A stretch of DNA of 64,000 nt from Candidatus Hermodarchaeota archaeon (GCA_048885925.1 JBHLLG010000010.1:11234-75233); one strand, 5' to 3'. Shown: positions 28,747 to 39,715, counted from the first letter of the stretch. Program-made: numbers and translations. The notes: generated from the letters alone by a model not told the origin.

Positions 28747-28947
28747 ATGGAGGAATTACAGGATTATGAATGGACGAATGATTGGAATACCATCGTAGAG
28801 CTATTTGATGTGATTAATAGATTGAAAAATTTATTTAATTGCTTGGGTGTTTCATATCTTCGAGAAGTGGAGCAGAAAATATTAGTATTAAATCTTGAAA
28901 AATATATTTGTTCACTTCAAAACTACATAATTGAAAAATACTCTTAA
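28747..28947 (+). CDS. Small hypothetical protein
   Basis: Plausible helical ORF in the gap after the tRNA; exact start uncertain (28729 or 28747). Confidence 0.55.
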   Translation: MEELQDYEWTNDWNTIVELFDVINRLKNLFNCLGVSYLREVEQKILVLNLEKYICSLQNYIIEKYS

Positions 28948-29079
28948 TTTCTTTTTAAGAGAATAATAAATACCTTTTTCATTACTTATTAATGAAAACT
29001 TATTTTTTTTGTTAAAATTTATAAATTGTTCTATCTATTTTTTGATAAAAAATCTATAAAAAAGAAATATGTGTTAAAA

Positions 29080-29382
29080 ATGGTATGGGACAAGTTACAA
29101 GCATCAGATAAATTTATGTGTGTTATGGCAATTATTGGTGGAATTGTTGCTCTTCTAGAATCAATGTTACATTTGATAAACTTCTTTGAAATTTGGAGCT
29201 TTGGAATTTATTATGAGATTATTGCCGTTGTTTTAGCAATCCTCGTTATTTTGTTAGGAATAAAGCCAATACATTATACTCCTGCTATTTTGGGAGTTTT
29301 AGGAATATTATTAATTATCTTCGGAACTTGGATTGGTGGAATAGTTGTAATCCTTGCTATGCTTATAGGAGCTCTAAGTTAA
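29080..29382 (+). CDS. Small hypothetical membrane protein
   Basis: 3-4 hydrophobic segments; start likely at MVWDK. Confidence 0.65.
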   Translation: MVWDKLQASDKFMCVMAIIGGIVALLESMLHLINFFEIWSFGIYYEIIAVVLAILVILLGIKPIHYTPAILGVLGILLIIFGTWIGGIVVILAMLIGALS

Positions 29383-29447
29383 ATATAAAATTTTTTTTCT
29401 ATTTTTTATAAGATTGGGAGCTGCACATCTATTTTAACAATTAAAAG

Positions 29448-30302
29448 TCACTTCGTAAGTGCAAGAGCCAGCAATAAAGCACCCTGGATTTCTGAAACCA
29501 TACCTACTCTTGAAGTATCAATTATAATATCTTTTAAGCCCATATATATAGCCCCATATGCTTTTCCTCCTCCTAAATGGACTAGCGTACGATAGATCAA
29601 ATTTCCAGAAATTCCATCTGGGGCAATGATTAAGTTTGATTTATTATTGATAGCATTTTCGATTAAAATTTCATCATTGGAAATATCTGTATTTTGAAAC
29701 TTTTTTTTTGACTGTTCAACAACTTTTTCCGCTATTTTAATTGATTCATCAACCTTATTATCCCTCCCCAAATCACTTTTCCTGCCTCCACTTAAAATAC
29801 TAATTTTAGGTATAATTTTGAGAGTTTTGAATTCATTTATTGCGTATTCTAAAAATCTGAGTTTTTTATCTAAAGTATTACATTCATCAATACCTACTGG
29901 GCCAAAAAAGAATTGATGCCCTTGATATGTTTCTAATAATGCTAATCTATTAGTTTCATCGATCTTTAGACTTCTTTTAAAATTCTCTAAGAATTTACTT
30001 GAGCTTAATGAACCCCTAACTATTGCTCCTATTTTATTTTTGTTTAAAAATTCAAAAATATTTAACTCGGGATTATTAGAATCAATAAAATTAATTTCAA
30101 AATCAGCAATATTTCTCGATTGAATACTCTCAACATATTGTTTTTTCCCAAAAATAGAGATTTTAGAGTTAAATTCTTCTATATGATTTATACAAGCATC
30201 CAATATCTTTTGATTATGAAGCTCCGAATCACCAAAACCTATTCCTATAATTTGGCTCTTAGTTTTAGCCATTGATTGGAAAATTTGTAATATATTCATC
30301 AA
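29448..30302 (-). CDS. mtxX: MtxX / methanogenesis marker 4-like protein (phosphotransacetylase fold)
   Basis: 'IVRGSLSS', 'GPVGIDE', 'LSGGR..DLGR', 'APDGISGNLIYRTL' and 'DTSR'. Confidence 0.85.
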   Translation of the reverse strand: MMNILQIFQSMAKTKSQIIGIGFGDSELHNQKILDACINHIEEFNSKISIFGKKQYVESIQSRNIADFEINFIDSNNPELNIFEFLNKNKIGAIVRGSLSSSKFLENFKRSLKIDETNRLALLETYQGHQFFFGPVGIDECNTLDKKLRFLEYAINEFKTLKIIPKISILSGGRKSDLGRDNKVDESIKIAEKVVEQSKKKFQNTDISNDEILIENAINNKSNLIIAPDGISGNLIYRTLVHLGGGKAYGAIYMGLKDIIIDTSRVGMVSEIQGALLLALALTK

Positions 30303-30340
30303 GACTACTTTTAATAGAATATTATTATAATTTGAAAAAT

Positions 30341-31453
30341 TTAGCTGAAAATAAAAGGTATAAGTATTGTTATAGTATTATAAAATCCATGTGTTATTAT
30401 AACGGCTATTAGGTTTTCTCCACGCCATTGATAAAGAAAACCTAGGAGTAAAGAAATTGAGAAAAATGGAAAGAATGATAAAAGAAAAGAAACTATCAGA
30501 TCTAAGGTAGACTCAAACATTAGAAAAAGTCCTAGTAGGTGAATAATAGAAAAAATAAAAGCAGTAATGATTAAACCCCATCTTTTTCCTAGATTCCTTA
30601 CCAATCCTTTTTGCATGAATCCTCTAAATAAAATCTCTTCAGAAGTGCCTACTACAAAAATCATTACTAATGAGAAGACTAATAAGCCTAATATATCAGA
30701 TGGTATAATATAATTTTCAACACTATCGAACTCAGAGACTATTTCAATTCCTAAAATGTATTCTAAAAAGCTTTCAATTATTAATGATACAGTAAAAACT
30801 AAAAAAAAACCAATTACCGCAAATCCTAATCCGATTAAAATTTCTTTAAATTTTTGCTTTTTATCAAAATTTTTAAATGTAAATCCCAATAATGTGAATC
30901 TATTCTTTATAGTTGGATTTTGGAGATATTTCCCTACATAAAATAAAGGAATTATCATAAATATCAATTCAAATAAGGTACTCAGTATAATAAAATAAGA
31001 ATTTGAAATTAAATCATAAAGAATATCTAAATCAAAAGAAATGGAAGCAATAAGCACAAAAAATCCAAATACTACAAAATTCATAAGAAGAAATGAACCT
31101 AAGGGAATCCCTATAGAAGTTGTAGTCCCCCACAATCGTTTATCTATTGTGTTAATTATATCATCATCGGAAATTTTTTCGGGACCATAAAAAGTTATTG
31201 GTGTTAAAGAACTGGGATACTGTGATGCTTGAATGTAAGGATTAGTTTCCTTTTTTGGAAGGAAGTTTTTATGTTGCTTAAGATACTTAAGATTAGTTCC
31301 ACACCTTACACAAAATTGTAAGTTTTGAATTTTAGGAATTTTATTCCCACAAACTGGACAAAAAGACCATTCATTTTCATTTAATACAGATTTATCTTTT
31401 GAATTTCCAGATTCATGATTTTTATCAGATTCAGGGACTTGCTTTTCATTCAT
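30341..31453 (-). CDS. CPBP/Abi (Rce1-like CAAX protease) intramembrane peptidase with an N-terminal zinc ribbon
   Basis: 'EEILFRG', 'FSIIH' and 'HGFYN'; N-terminal CPVC..CVRC. Confidence 0.9.
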   Translation of the reverse strand: MNEKQVPESDKNHESGNSKDKSVLNENEWSFCPVCGNKIPKIQNLQFCVRCGTNLKYLKQHKNFLPKKETNPYIQASQYPSSLTPITFYGPEKISDDDIINTIDKRLWGTTTSIGIPLGSFLLMNFVVFGFFVLIASISFDLDILYDLISNSYFIILSTLFELIFMIIPLFYVGKYLQNPTIKNRFTLLGFTFKNFDKKQKFKEILIGLGFAVIGFFLVFTVSLIIESFLEYILGIEIVSEFDSVENYIIPSDILGLLVFSLVMIFVVGTSEEILFRGFMQKGLVRNLGKRWGLIITAFIFSIIHLLGLFLMFESTLDLIVSFLLSFFPFFSISLLLGFLYQWRGENLIAVIITHGFYNTITILIPFIFS

Positions 31454-31531
31454 TATTAAATTAGAGAAATAAATTAAATTAGAAAAAATTTTACATTTTT
31501 AATAATAATAAATCAGAAAAGAAATTTTAGA

Positions 31532-33448
31532 TCATACTAAAACGCGTATGTGATTGTAAATCCTTGAAAGGTCAAATTCACTATAAAAAATACCATAAGT
31601 TTTGATTGGGAAATATTGATATGGGAATAATTCTTCCTCTTGCTCAACTTCCAATTCAAATTTCATTGAAGGCATCCAAAATGTTTTATTAATATGTTGG
31701 TATTCAACCATTACCATATACAAGAACGTACCTGTTTTTATTGGAGTTATTTTTGTTTTAACTACTCTACTTTTATTTGCTTTTAATTTTTTTATAACAG
31801 TATATTTCAATTTTGATTGAATTGTTTTTGGCATAAAGAAGTAAATCTTAATATCTTTAATATCTGATAAATTAGGATTTTCAATTATAACTTTAATTGT
31901 TTCAGATTGATTTACTTTTAATTTCTTATTTTCTATTGTAATATCTATGAAAAGAGGATATTGCAAGGCATTTTTGTCCAAATTGAAGCTTAAATCAATA
32001 AGTCTTTGAAGATTAGGTTTAAAATCAATACTAAACTGATTTCTTTGTTCTTCTAAAGATAATATATTTTTAGTTCTTAAATCTTGGAATTCCTGCAACA
32101 TCTTATTAATATATTTTAAAATGAATTTATCAAATTTAGAGTGTTTGTTTGAAATGAAGGAAAGAACTTTTTTGTAATATTCTGATTCAAGATTTCTAAT
32201 AATAGGTTTTTTGAAGATTTCATTAATGAATTTTTTCAACGATTCATCTAATTCAATTAAATCTTTATGTTCTATTTCAAATCTCTCAATAATTTTTTCA
32301 TTAAAAATATCATTCTGTATAAAATCACCTAGATTGTTTAAACTTTCAATAGATTCAGAGTTATAAATATTGAAAGCGTTTGTTATCATAGTTTTAAACA
32401 GAAGGTTTAACTTTTCAACATTTTTGTTTTTATTGTCTATAAATTCAGCGCGATATGATTCAAGGTATTTAATCAATTTCCCTGAATGCAATTTTAAAAG
32501 ATTCCTTTGGTATTTCTGATATTTTTCAGAAATATCATTAATCCAATTTTTTAAATTATTTAGTTTTTCGAGATTTTCTTCTGTATTAAGTACTATATCT
32601 ACTTCTGGGGGATCTATTAATGAAAAAGGGGAATTAACTTTCACTTTTTCCAGTAATACACTGGTTTTACGTTCTAGTTGATATATCATTTCAATTTGTG
32701 AGTATAAATTATATATAACAATATCTTTCTCTTTAATTTTATTTAATCTGTCAAGTAGAGAATCTAAATCATTTGAAAAATGTTTTGGGTTCTTATTTAA
32801 AATTCCTCTTAATATTTTCACGAAAGTTGTGAGAATAACATATATTTCCTTTTTTTCATTATTTTCTAAGGAATCACTCTCTAATTTAGTAACATTGAAA
32901 AAGTCAATAATATTTTGGTAATTTTTTTCAGCCAATTTATAATATTTAGCACAATATTCAGTATCTAATGAAATTTTTGCCAAGTAACTATAATATAATC
33001 CTAATAACGATTTATTTATTATATAAGAGAGATCTTTATATTTTTGAAATTCATTTTTAGTTTTCGCATTATTTATATGAATTAATAAAAATTTATCAAT
33101 AATAATTTCAAAATTACCTGAACACCGAATTAAATTGAATAATTTTGAGTGATCAATCTCAATGGTGTCTAATTTAGTAACAATAAGATGTCGATATTCT
33201 TTAAAATTAGAATTTAATTCCCTAAAATATGATCTGATCGAATTTTTTCTTCTTTCCAATTCAGCAAACTTTATCTTTCTTTCATTTTTTACCGATGTGA
33301 CATTTAGAATTTTTTCCAAATAATATTTAAAGGAATATACTGATTCCATATAGAAAGTTTTGGCTTCACAATAAGGACACTGGGCTATGGAGCCTTTAAC
33401 AAAAGGTAATGAAGTACCACATTTTTTACAAGGAAGATGGGATATCAT
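31532..33448 (-). CDS. Hypothetical protein: N-terminal zinc ribbon, long helical region, C-terminal Ig-like sandwich
   Basis: CKKC..CPYC; C-terminal 'IKVIIENPNLSDIKDIKIYF...ITPIKTGTF...VEY'. Confidence 0.6.
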   Translation of the reverse strand: MISHLPCKKCGTSLPFVKGSIAQCPYCEAKTFYMESVYSFKYYLEKILNVTSVKNERKIKFAELERRKNSIRSYFRELNSNFKEYRHLIVTKLDTIEIDHSKLFNLIRCSGNFEIIIDKFLLIHINNAKTKNEFQKYKDLSYIINKSLLGLYYSYLAKISLDTEYCAKYYKLAEKNYQNIIDFFNVTKLESDSLENNEKKEIYVILTTFVKILRGILNKNPKHFSNDLDSLLDRLNKIKEKDIVIYNLYSQIEMIYQLERKTSVLLEKVKVNSPFSLIDPPEVDIVLNTEENLEKLNNLKNWINDISEKYQKYQRNLLKLHSGKLIKYLESYRAEFIDNKNKNVEKLNLLFKTMITNAFNIYNSESIESLNNLGDFIQNDIFNEKIIERFEIEHKDLIELDESLKKFINEIFKKPIIRNLESEYYKKVLSFISNKHSKFDKFILKYINKMLQEFQDLRTKNILSLEEQRNQFSIDFKPNLQRLIDLSFNLDKNALQYPLFIDITIENKKLKVNQSETIKVIIENPNLSDIKDIKIYFFMPKTIQSKLKYTVIKKLKANKSRVVKTKITPIKTGTFLYMVMVEYQHINKTFWMPSMKFELEVEQEEELFPYQYFPIKTYGIFYSEFDLSRIYNHIRVLV

Positions 33449-33632
33449 TGAGCGTATCCTTATTAATTATTTATTTTTGTTATATTGTAACTAATGGATT
33501 TTTTATTATAAAAATAATATCGTTCTAATTTATAGTATCATAATATCTTGATGTATTATTAAATATGAAATTAAATAGAATTGATAACCAAATCATATAA
33601 TAATAATTTTGTTTACTAATAGAATTGAAAAA

Positions 33633-35396
33633 TTAATGAGTAAAATAACAATAGAGCCGTTCCTTTTCTATTCTTATAGGGTTGACAAAACCGTATCTTT
33701 CAAATTGAATTGTCTTATTTATAGGTATATTTAAAAGATTAATTTCACCATTACCATGCGATTCTACTCCGTCAGGTTTTAGGATTACAACTTTTATGTT
33801 TTCGTCCTTAGGTACCCAATGAATAATTGAAAAATCTCGATCCAATTCTTTGCTATGAAATTTAGCTCTTATTTTCTTCTCATTGAGATTTATTAAGTCT
33901 ATTTTAACATTTATTAAATCCTTTAATCTTATTATTTGATTTTTTACTAATTTCATCGCATCGTTTGATGCTATCAATAAATTTAGCATATTTTTATCAT
34001 CTATTAAACATTTTATTTTTCTTGTTCCTTTTTCCGGGTTTGAAGGATGTAATAATGGTTCAGCAATTAATTCTTTAAAAGGAACATTAGTAATAACAAT
34101 TGAAATTGGATTCTCTACAAAAAAATAACGGTTAGAAACAGGATCAATTATGTCTTGATTTTTTGAATACAACCAATTTACTGAGAATGTGATTCCTGTT
34201 AATGACATTCCAAGATCCAGTAATACTTCAGTGATGGCTTCAGGTCGTATTCCCCTTTTTCTAAGAGATTGTAAACTCCAAGTTCGAGGATCGTCCCAAC
34301 CGTCATAATTTCCTCTCTGAATATTATTTCTAGATTCAGTTTTACTTAACTTCATATCAGCGAAATTGATTCTTCCATAATGTAAAAATTCTGCTTTTTC
34401 CCATTTAAAGTGATTCCATATGAATTCCTCAATAAAATCTTCTTTTACTAAATCAGCTCCTCTTAAGATGTGGGTTACTCCAATAAGATAATCATCAATT
34501 GCCCATGAAAATTCCAACATTGGCCATACAGTATATTGATTATCAACTCTAGGATGAGTTGCTTCAGATATTCTCATAATTATTTGATCTCGTAAAGCTG
34601 GATCTTTTTGATTCATACCTGTTTTTAATCTTACTACTGCATCACCTTCATTATATTTTCCATTAAGCATTGATTTCCATTCATCTAAATTCTTGTCAAT
34701 TGAATGATTTCTGTGGGGACAGTTTTTCTTTTGATTCTTAAATTTTTCTCTAAATTCATCAGCAGTACAAAAGCAGACATAGGCTATATTATCTTTAATT
34801 AACTTTTCACAGTATTCATAAAAGATTTCTAGTCTATCGCTTTTATAATAAATTTTATTATATTTTATACCTAGCCATTCTAAACCATCTTCTATTAAAT
34901 GATAGGCTTCAGGTAAAACATATTTTGCTTTGGGACTGTCCCTTAAGGATTTAGGGCTCCCAATTGTATCATCATAGAATAAAATGAGTTCACCATTATG
35001 CCTTTTTACATATTGGTCATTTAATATAATCATTCTTGCATTTCCTATATGTAATGCTCCACTTGGATAGGGGGCTAAACGCATAACAACCTTTTTAAAT
35101 TTAGTGAGATTAGGTAGCTCCGGTAATTCTTTTTTTTCTTCTATTGCTTCTTTTTTATCTAATGCGTGAGAATCTAATTGTAATAACTTATTTTTTTGTT
35201 CCTCAATGTCCAATTCTAAAATTTCTTCAATAATTTGATCCAAAACAGGAAGAATAACCTTGGTTTGAGACTTTAAATCAGGTCTTGTCGCCATAAGTTT
35301 TCCCATTATTGCTTTTTTATCGGGTTTCCCGTTAAATTTTACTGCGTTCTTCAAACCACTTAACCAGAGAATCCTTTTTATATCTTCATCCTTCAT
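33633..35396 (-). CDS. gltX: Glutamate--tRNA ligase (archaeal type)
   Basis: 'RLAPYPSGALHIGN', 'THILRGAD', 'KLSKT', 'GWDDPRTW' and 'QFERYGF'. Confidence 0.96.
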   Translation of the reverse strand: MKDEDIKRILWLSGLKNAVKFNGKPDKKAIMGKLMATRPDLKSQTKVILPVLDQIIEEILELDIEEQKNKLLQLDSHALDKKEAIEEKKELPELPNLTKFKKVVMRLAPYPSGALHIGNARMIILNDQYVKRHNGELILFYDDTIGSPKSLRDSPKAKYVLPEAYHLIEDGLEWLGIKYNKIYYKSDRLEIFYEYCEKLIKDNIAYVCFCTADEFREKFKNQKKNCPHRNHSIDKNLDEWKSMLNGKYNEGDAVVRLKTGMNQKDPALRDQIIMRISEATHPRVDNQYTVWPMLEFSWAIDDYLIGVTHILRGADLVKEDFIEEFIWNHFKWEKAEFLHYGRINFADMKLSKTESRNNIQRGNYDGWDDPRTWSLQSLRKRGIRPEAITEVLLDLGMSLTGITFSVNWLYSKNQDIIDPVSNRYFFVENPISIVITNVPFKELIAEPLLHPSNPEKGTRKIKCLIDDKNMLNLLIASNDAMKLVKNQIIRLKDLINVKIDLINLNEKKIRAKFHSKELDRDFSIIHWVPKDENIKVVILKPDGVESHGNGEINLLNIPINKTIQFERYGFVNPIRIEKERLYCYFTH

Positions 35397-35739
35397 TTAA
35401 AGTATACATCTTATCAATTTCATGAAATAAGTTTAATAATGATAAATAGTTCATGGTTCAATAAACCATTGAGTTAAGTAAATTTTTGCTTTTTACTAAG
35501 CTTTTTCTTTTCTGCAATTTACCATTTTACTTTTTAATTTAAAAATAATATCTCTTAGTAATTTAAATAATTTCAAATTGAAAAGTCTTTTAACTATTTC
35601 AATTGTTAAATCCCTAATATTATGGCTATTTTTGATTAAGTTTAAACTTATTAAATTAACTTTTTTGTAAGTTTAATGTTTTTAATGAAATGAATTCAAT
35701 ATATTATTGACGATTATAAATTTGTAGAAAAATTACACT

Positions 35740-37902
35740 ATGACAAAAATGAAAAAGCGGAATAATCTTAAAATGTCATCATCGGAAAGAGATTGGTTTC
35801 ATTTATGGCGTATACCTAGACTAATGATTTTTGGATTTGGTATTGTTACTCTTTTTTGGTATTTTTGGTGTGTTATTGGTTTAATTATCGGAGTTCTTTA
35901 TTTCTTTTTCCTAAAAGACAAAGCATGGAAACGAAATGGAATAGTATTAGCTTGTGCAGTTGGTTTTGTCACGTTAATTGTTTATTTCTATAAAGAAATT
36001 GCTCCACTCATGGTTGCAATTTGGTTTAACGTAATTTTTATCAGTTCTTATTTAGTATTATTAATTATTTTAGAGATTCTAAAAAGAAAAAAAATAACAC
36101 TTAATAAAGTTCTTCAATGGTCTCGAAGGTATCAGAAATTATCAAAAAAAAAGCGCCAAATAACAGAATTAGTAATTCTACTAATTCCGATAAGTTTATG
36201 GACCTCAGTTAGTATTGATCTCAGAGTTATGTTTGATAATAGACCTAAACTTTTATGGGTAAATGCACCATCTATGGTCAAACTTAATACAACTTTTGAG
36301 ATTACGGTAGAGGCTTGGGATTTCTTTGAACGTTTAAGTGCAATCTATAAGGGAAAAGTAGAATTCTCCATAAAATCATTTAATTTTACTGATTATACTC
36401 TTATAATAAATCCTAAAGCAAATTTACCGGAAGCATACACATTTACGGGACAAATGTTCGGTTCTGACATTGCTTATCAGATTAAAGATGGAAAGGATAA
36501 TGGAATACATGTGTTTCAAGCAAGTATTCTTACACCAGGCTTTCATTATATTTTAGTAAATGATAGTATAACTAAAAATACTTATTATAGCAATCCTATC
36601 ATTGTTAAAAATTTCACATCTTCAGAACCATTCATCGTTTGGGGAGATATCCATACTCATTCTCAACTCTCTGATGGTACAGGTACACCAGAAGATTCAT
36701 TTTACTTTGCGAAACAAATAGCTCGCCTTGACTTTAATGCATTAACAGATCATGGTGAACTAATGATGTTTAATCCATTATCACTCAATCATCTTGAATC
36801 ATCTACCAACGCTGCTTATGAACCAAATAAATTTGTCACTTTTCATGGAATAGAATGGACTTGTGTTGAGACAGGTCATTATGTTTGCATTTTTAGCGGT
36901 AATTCATTGTTGAAATCACCCATACTTGATTCATATTTTACAATTAAATCATCTAATGCTTTATGGAATGCTCTGGATGAATTTACATCAAAATATGGAG
37001 TTCGAGCTCTTGCATTACCACATCACACCACCAAAGAAGCATATATTCAGGATTGGACTTATAATAACCTAAAGTATGTTAAATTAGCAGAAGTATCTTC
37101 TGTACATGGAGAATTTTTATTTGAACAAAGACATCAATTAAATTATGTTGGTGCTATTGATAAACCTCCAAAATATACAAATGGATCATCAATTATTGAT
37201 GCATTTACCATGGGGTATAGAATGACTATGTATATTTCTAGCGATGAACATGATGGTCATCCAGGTCATAGTTTAAGTCATACAAGAGCATATATAGGAC
37301 ATCAACGACCTTTCAGTTTATGGCATACCCGAAATGAACATCCGTATCCAGGAGGATTAACTGCGGTTTATGTTAATAACCTTACAAGAGAAGGTGTTTT
37401 CACTGGTTTAGAAAATCAAAGAATATTTGCTAATTCTGATCATGGACGCCCAATCCTTATTTTTAGAATAAACGGTACTAATGTCGGAGATGGCTCAACA
37501 TTCATCGCAAATAGTCAATCTGAATATAGAGGAATCAATGTTTTTTTAGCTCAAGATGGAGCCCCAGTTGCACGAAAATCTAAAGCAGCATCAGTGACAA
37601 GCAATTGGATTCCGAATTGGAATGCAAATATTGAAATTATAAAGAATGGAAATTTATGGTATACTGAAAAAATATCTTCTCCTATAATTAATATCTCAAT
37701 AATTGATAAAGATAAAATTATAGGAACATCCTATGAAAATAGTTGTATTAAAAGAGGAGATAATTATTACATAAATCAATATAGTAATAATCCAATTGAT
37801 CCAAGCACATTAAATACAGGTGGTTTTGATTATTATTTAATTCGAGTTGTAGGAGAGAATGGAAGAATATCTTACGCTGGACCTATATGGGTTGAATATT
37901 AA
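35740..37902 (+). CDS. Membrane-anchored PHP-fold metallohydrolase (DUF3604/CehA-McbA-like)
   Basis: N-terminal TMs; 'WGDIHTHSQLSDG', 'ALTDH', 'GIEWT', 'SSDEHDGHPG' and 'GGLTAV'. Confidence 0.8.
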   Translation: MTKMKKRNNLKMSSSERDWFHLWRIPRLMIFGFGIVTLFWYFWCVIGLIIGVLYFFFLKDKAWKRNGIVLACAVGFVTLIVYFYKEIAPLMVAIWFNVIFISSYLVLLIILEILKRKKITLNKVLQWSRRYQKLSKKKRQITELVILLIPISLWTSVSIDLRVMFDNRPKLLWVNAPSMVKLNTTFEITVEAWDFFERLSAIYKGKVEFSIKSFNFTDYTLIINPKANLPEAYTFTGQMFGSDIAYQIKDGKDNGIHVFQASILTPGFHYILVNDSITKNTYYSNPIIVKNFTSSEPFIVWGDIHTHSQLSDGTGTPEDSFYFAKQIARLDFNALTDHGELMMFNPLSLNHLESSTNAAYEPNKFVTFHGIEWTCVETGHYVCIFSGNSLLKSPILDSYFTIKSSNALWNALDEFTSKYGVRALALPHHTTKEAYIQDWTYNNLKYVKLAEVSSVHGEFLFEQRHQLNYVGAIDKPPKYTNGSSIIDAFTMGYRMTMYISSDEHDGHPGHSLSHTRAYIGHQRPFSLWHTRNEHPYPGGLTAVYVNNLTREGVFTGLENQRIFANSDHGRPILIFRINGTNVGDGSTFIANSQSEYRGINVFLAQDGAPVARKSKAASVTSNWIPNWNANIEIIKNGNLWYTEKISSPIINISIIDKDKIIGTSYENSCIKRGDNYYINQYSNNPIDPSTLNTGGFDYYLIRVVGENGRISYAGPIWVEY

Positions 37903-37906
37903 ATAT

Positions 37907-38575
37907 TTAATTGACTTCTAAAACTAGCAAATTTTTTATATCATTAATATTAATCCCAGATAAATCACTTACTACTAGATCAGCATTAAGAAGCTCTTCT
38001 TTATCATGAGTAGTAGTTAGAGCTATTGATTTCATATTTGCTCTTTTCGCAGCTTCGATACCTACAGGAGCATCTTCAATGACTAAGCAATTTTCAGGTT
38101 TAACATTAGCGGTTTTAGCAGCGATAAGAAAAACATCAGGTGCTGGTTTCCCATTCTTAATCTCTGTAGCCGTTATTATTACATCGAAATATTCTTTAAT
38201 TTTTAAACTAGTTAATAACAATTCCACATTTTCTTTTGGACCGCTAGAACCAACTGCTAATTTAAAGCCATTTTCTTTAAGTTCATTAATTAGATTAATT
38301 ACGCCGGGCAATGGTTCCAGTTTCTCTTGAACCATCTCACGATAATATTTTTCTTTAAGATTTGCCCATCTTATGACATCTTTGTCATTAGTTTCTGGAC
38401 CGACCAATTTACGAGTAATTGGGAAAGATTGTTGACCAAAAGTGGATTTAAAAAATTCTTTTGTAATCTCCATTCCAATTTCATTTGCTAATTTTACCCA
38501 ACTCTCAAAATGAATTGGACCTGTATCAGCTAGTACTCCATCCATATCGAATATTACACAATACGCATGAAACAT
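37907..38575 (-). CDS. HAD-family phosphatase (beta-phosphoglucomutase-like)
   Basis: FDMDGV, GKPAPD and EDAPVG. Confidence 0.9.
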   Translation of the reverse strand: MFHAYCVIFDMDGVLADTGPIHFESWVKLANEIGMEITKEFFKSTFGQQSFPITRKLVGPETNDKDVIRWANLKEKYYREMVQEKLEPLPGVINLINELKENGFKLAVGSSGPKENVELLLTSLKIKEYFDVIITATEIKNGKPAPDVFLIAAKTANVKPENCLVIEDAPVGIEAAKRANMKSIALTTTHDKEELLNADLVVSDLSGININDIKNLLVLEVN

Positions 38576-38652
38576 AATTGATGCAAATAAATACTATTAG
38601 ATAAAAATTATAGGGTAAAATATATTTTAAGAATTACATAACAATTATCAAT

Positions 38653-38780
38653 GGCCCGGTAGTCTAGCTAATACTAAGAATTTATCTTTGAATCTGGAAT
38701 GGATGGGGCGCTGGCTTGCGGTTTTAATATGATTTAAAGTAAAAAGCCAGAATGCGAGGGTTCAAATCCCCCCCGGGCCA
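38653..38780 (+). tRNA. tRNA-Arg(GCG) with two introns: D-loop (~38670-38699) and canonical 37/38 (38722-38744)
   Basis: Acceptor stem GGCCCGG/CCGGGCC, anticodon stem CTGGC/GCCAG, anticodon GCG at 38718-38720. The second intron forms a clean BHB (TTGC/GTAA helix, 3-nt bulges, TTTAA/TTAAA). T loop TTCAAAT. Confidence 0.88.
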
Positions 38781-38817
38781 CTATTTTTTAAACCTTTTAT
38801 TATTGTTTTATTTAGAA

Positions 38818-39588
38818 TTACTCGATATATTCTAAGATCTCTGAAATGCTATTAATTGTTCTTAGATCATTAATATTTAACTCTTTTTCGAATGGGAATT
38901 TATATTTTCTTTTAAGTAAAATTGATTGTAAATTAGCTCGTTGAGCGCCAATTATATCTGCATATTCATCTCCACACATTATAACGGAATTTCCTTGATT
39001 TTTTAAACCCATCTTCTCGAGTGTATGATAGAAAATGTCTGGATCTGGTTTTCGCTTTCCAAATTTAGCAGATGTAATAACTACATCAAAAAATCTAAAT
39101 AAATCATGCTTTTCTAACATATTTTTTATCGTTCTGTGATTTGGGTGATTAGATATTAAAGCAATTTTCAATTGTTTCATTTTTAATGTCTCTAATGTTT
39201 CTCTAGTTTTTTCAAAAGGTTGCCATTCCTCTTCTTCACATGAATGATATATTTCAGCTAATCGTTGATATGTATTTTCTGTTAAATTACTCAAATTATT
39301 TATTATTTCCTCTTCTTTTAGTGATTCCAAAACATTTTGGAAGATCATTGACGTTGGAAACTCAATTTTTGTTTTAATACTTTTTCTAAAGAAGTCTTGC
39401 CTTTTTTTACCAAACAGATTAAGAAAGATTTCGGAGTTAAGTTTTTCATTCCAAACCTGCTTTTCTTTTAAAATATCAATTGACTTTAATAATCCTTTTT
39501 TAAAACATTCATAATATCTTTCAACAGAAGGATTATCAAAATAGAACAATGTGAAGCCAAAATCAAAAATAACTCCTTTAATCATCAT
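38818..39588 (-). CDS. HAD-family hydrolase
   Basis: FDFGFT, ISN, KRKPDP and GDEYADI. Confidence 0.88.
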   Translation of the reverse strand: MMIKGVIFDFGFTLFYFDNPSVERYYECFKKGLLKSIDILKEKQVWNEKLNSEIFLNLFGKKRQDFFRKSIKTKIEFPTSMIFQNVLESLKEEEIINNLSNLTENTYQRLAEIYHSCEEEEWQPFEKTRETLETLKMKQLKIALISNHPNHRTIKNMLEKHDLFRFFDVVITSAKFGKRKPDPDIFYHTLEKMGLKNQGNSVIMCGDEYADIIGAQRANLQSILLKRKYKFPFEKELNINDLRTINSISEILEYIE

Positions 39589-39715
39589 CGTGTTAATATT
39601 TATAAAAATATAATCTCAATTTTAATTTATCTGAATTAAAAGGTAAGTAAAAGGAGTTTCGTTTCTGTTAAATACTTAATAAAAAACAAATTATTATCAT
39701 AGATAATTAGTAATA

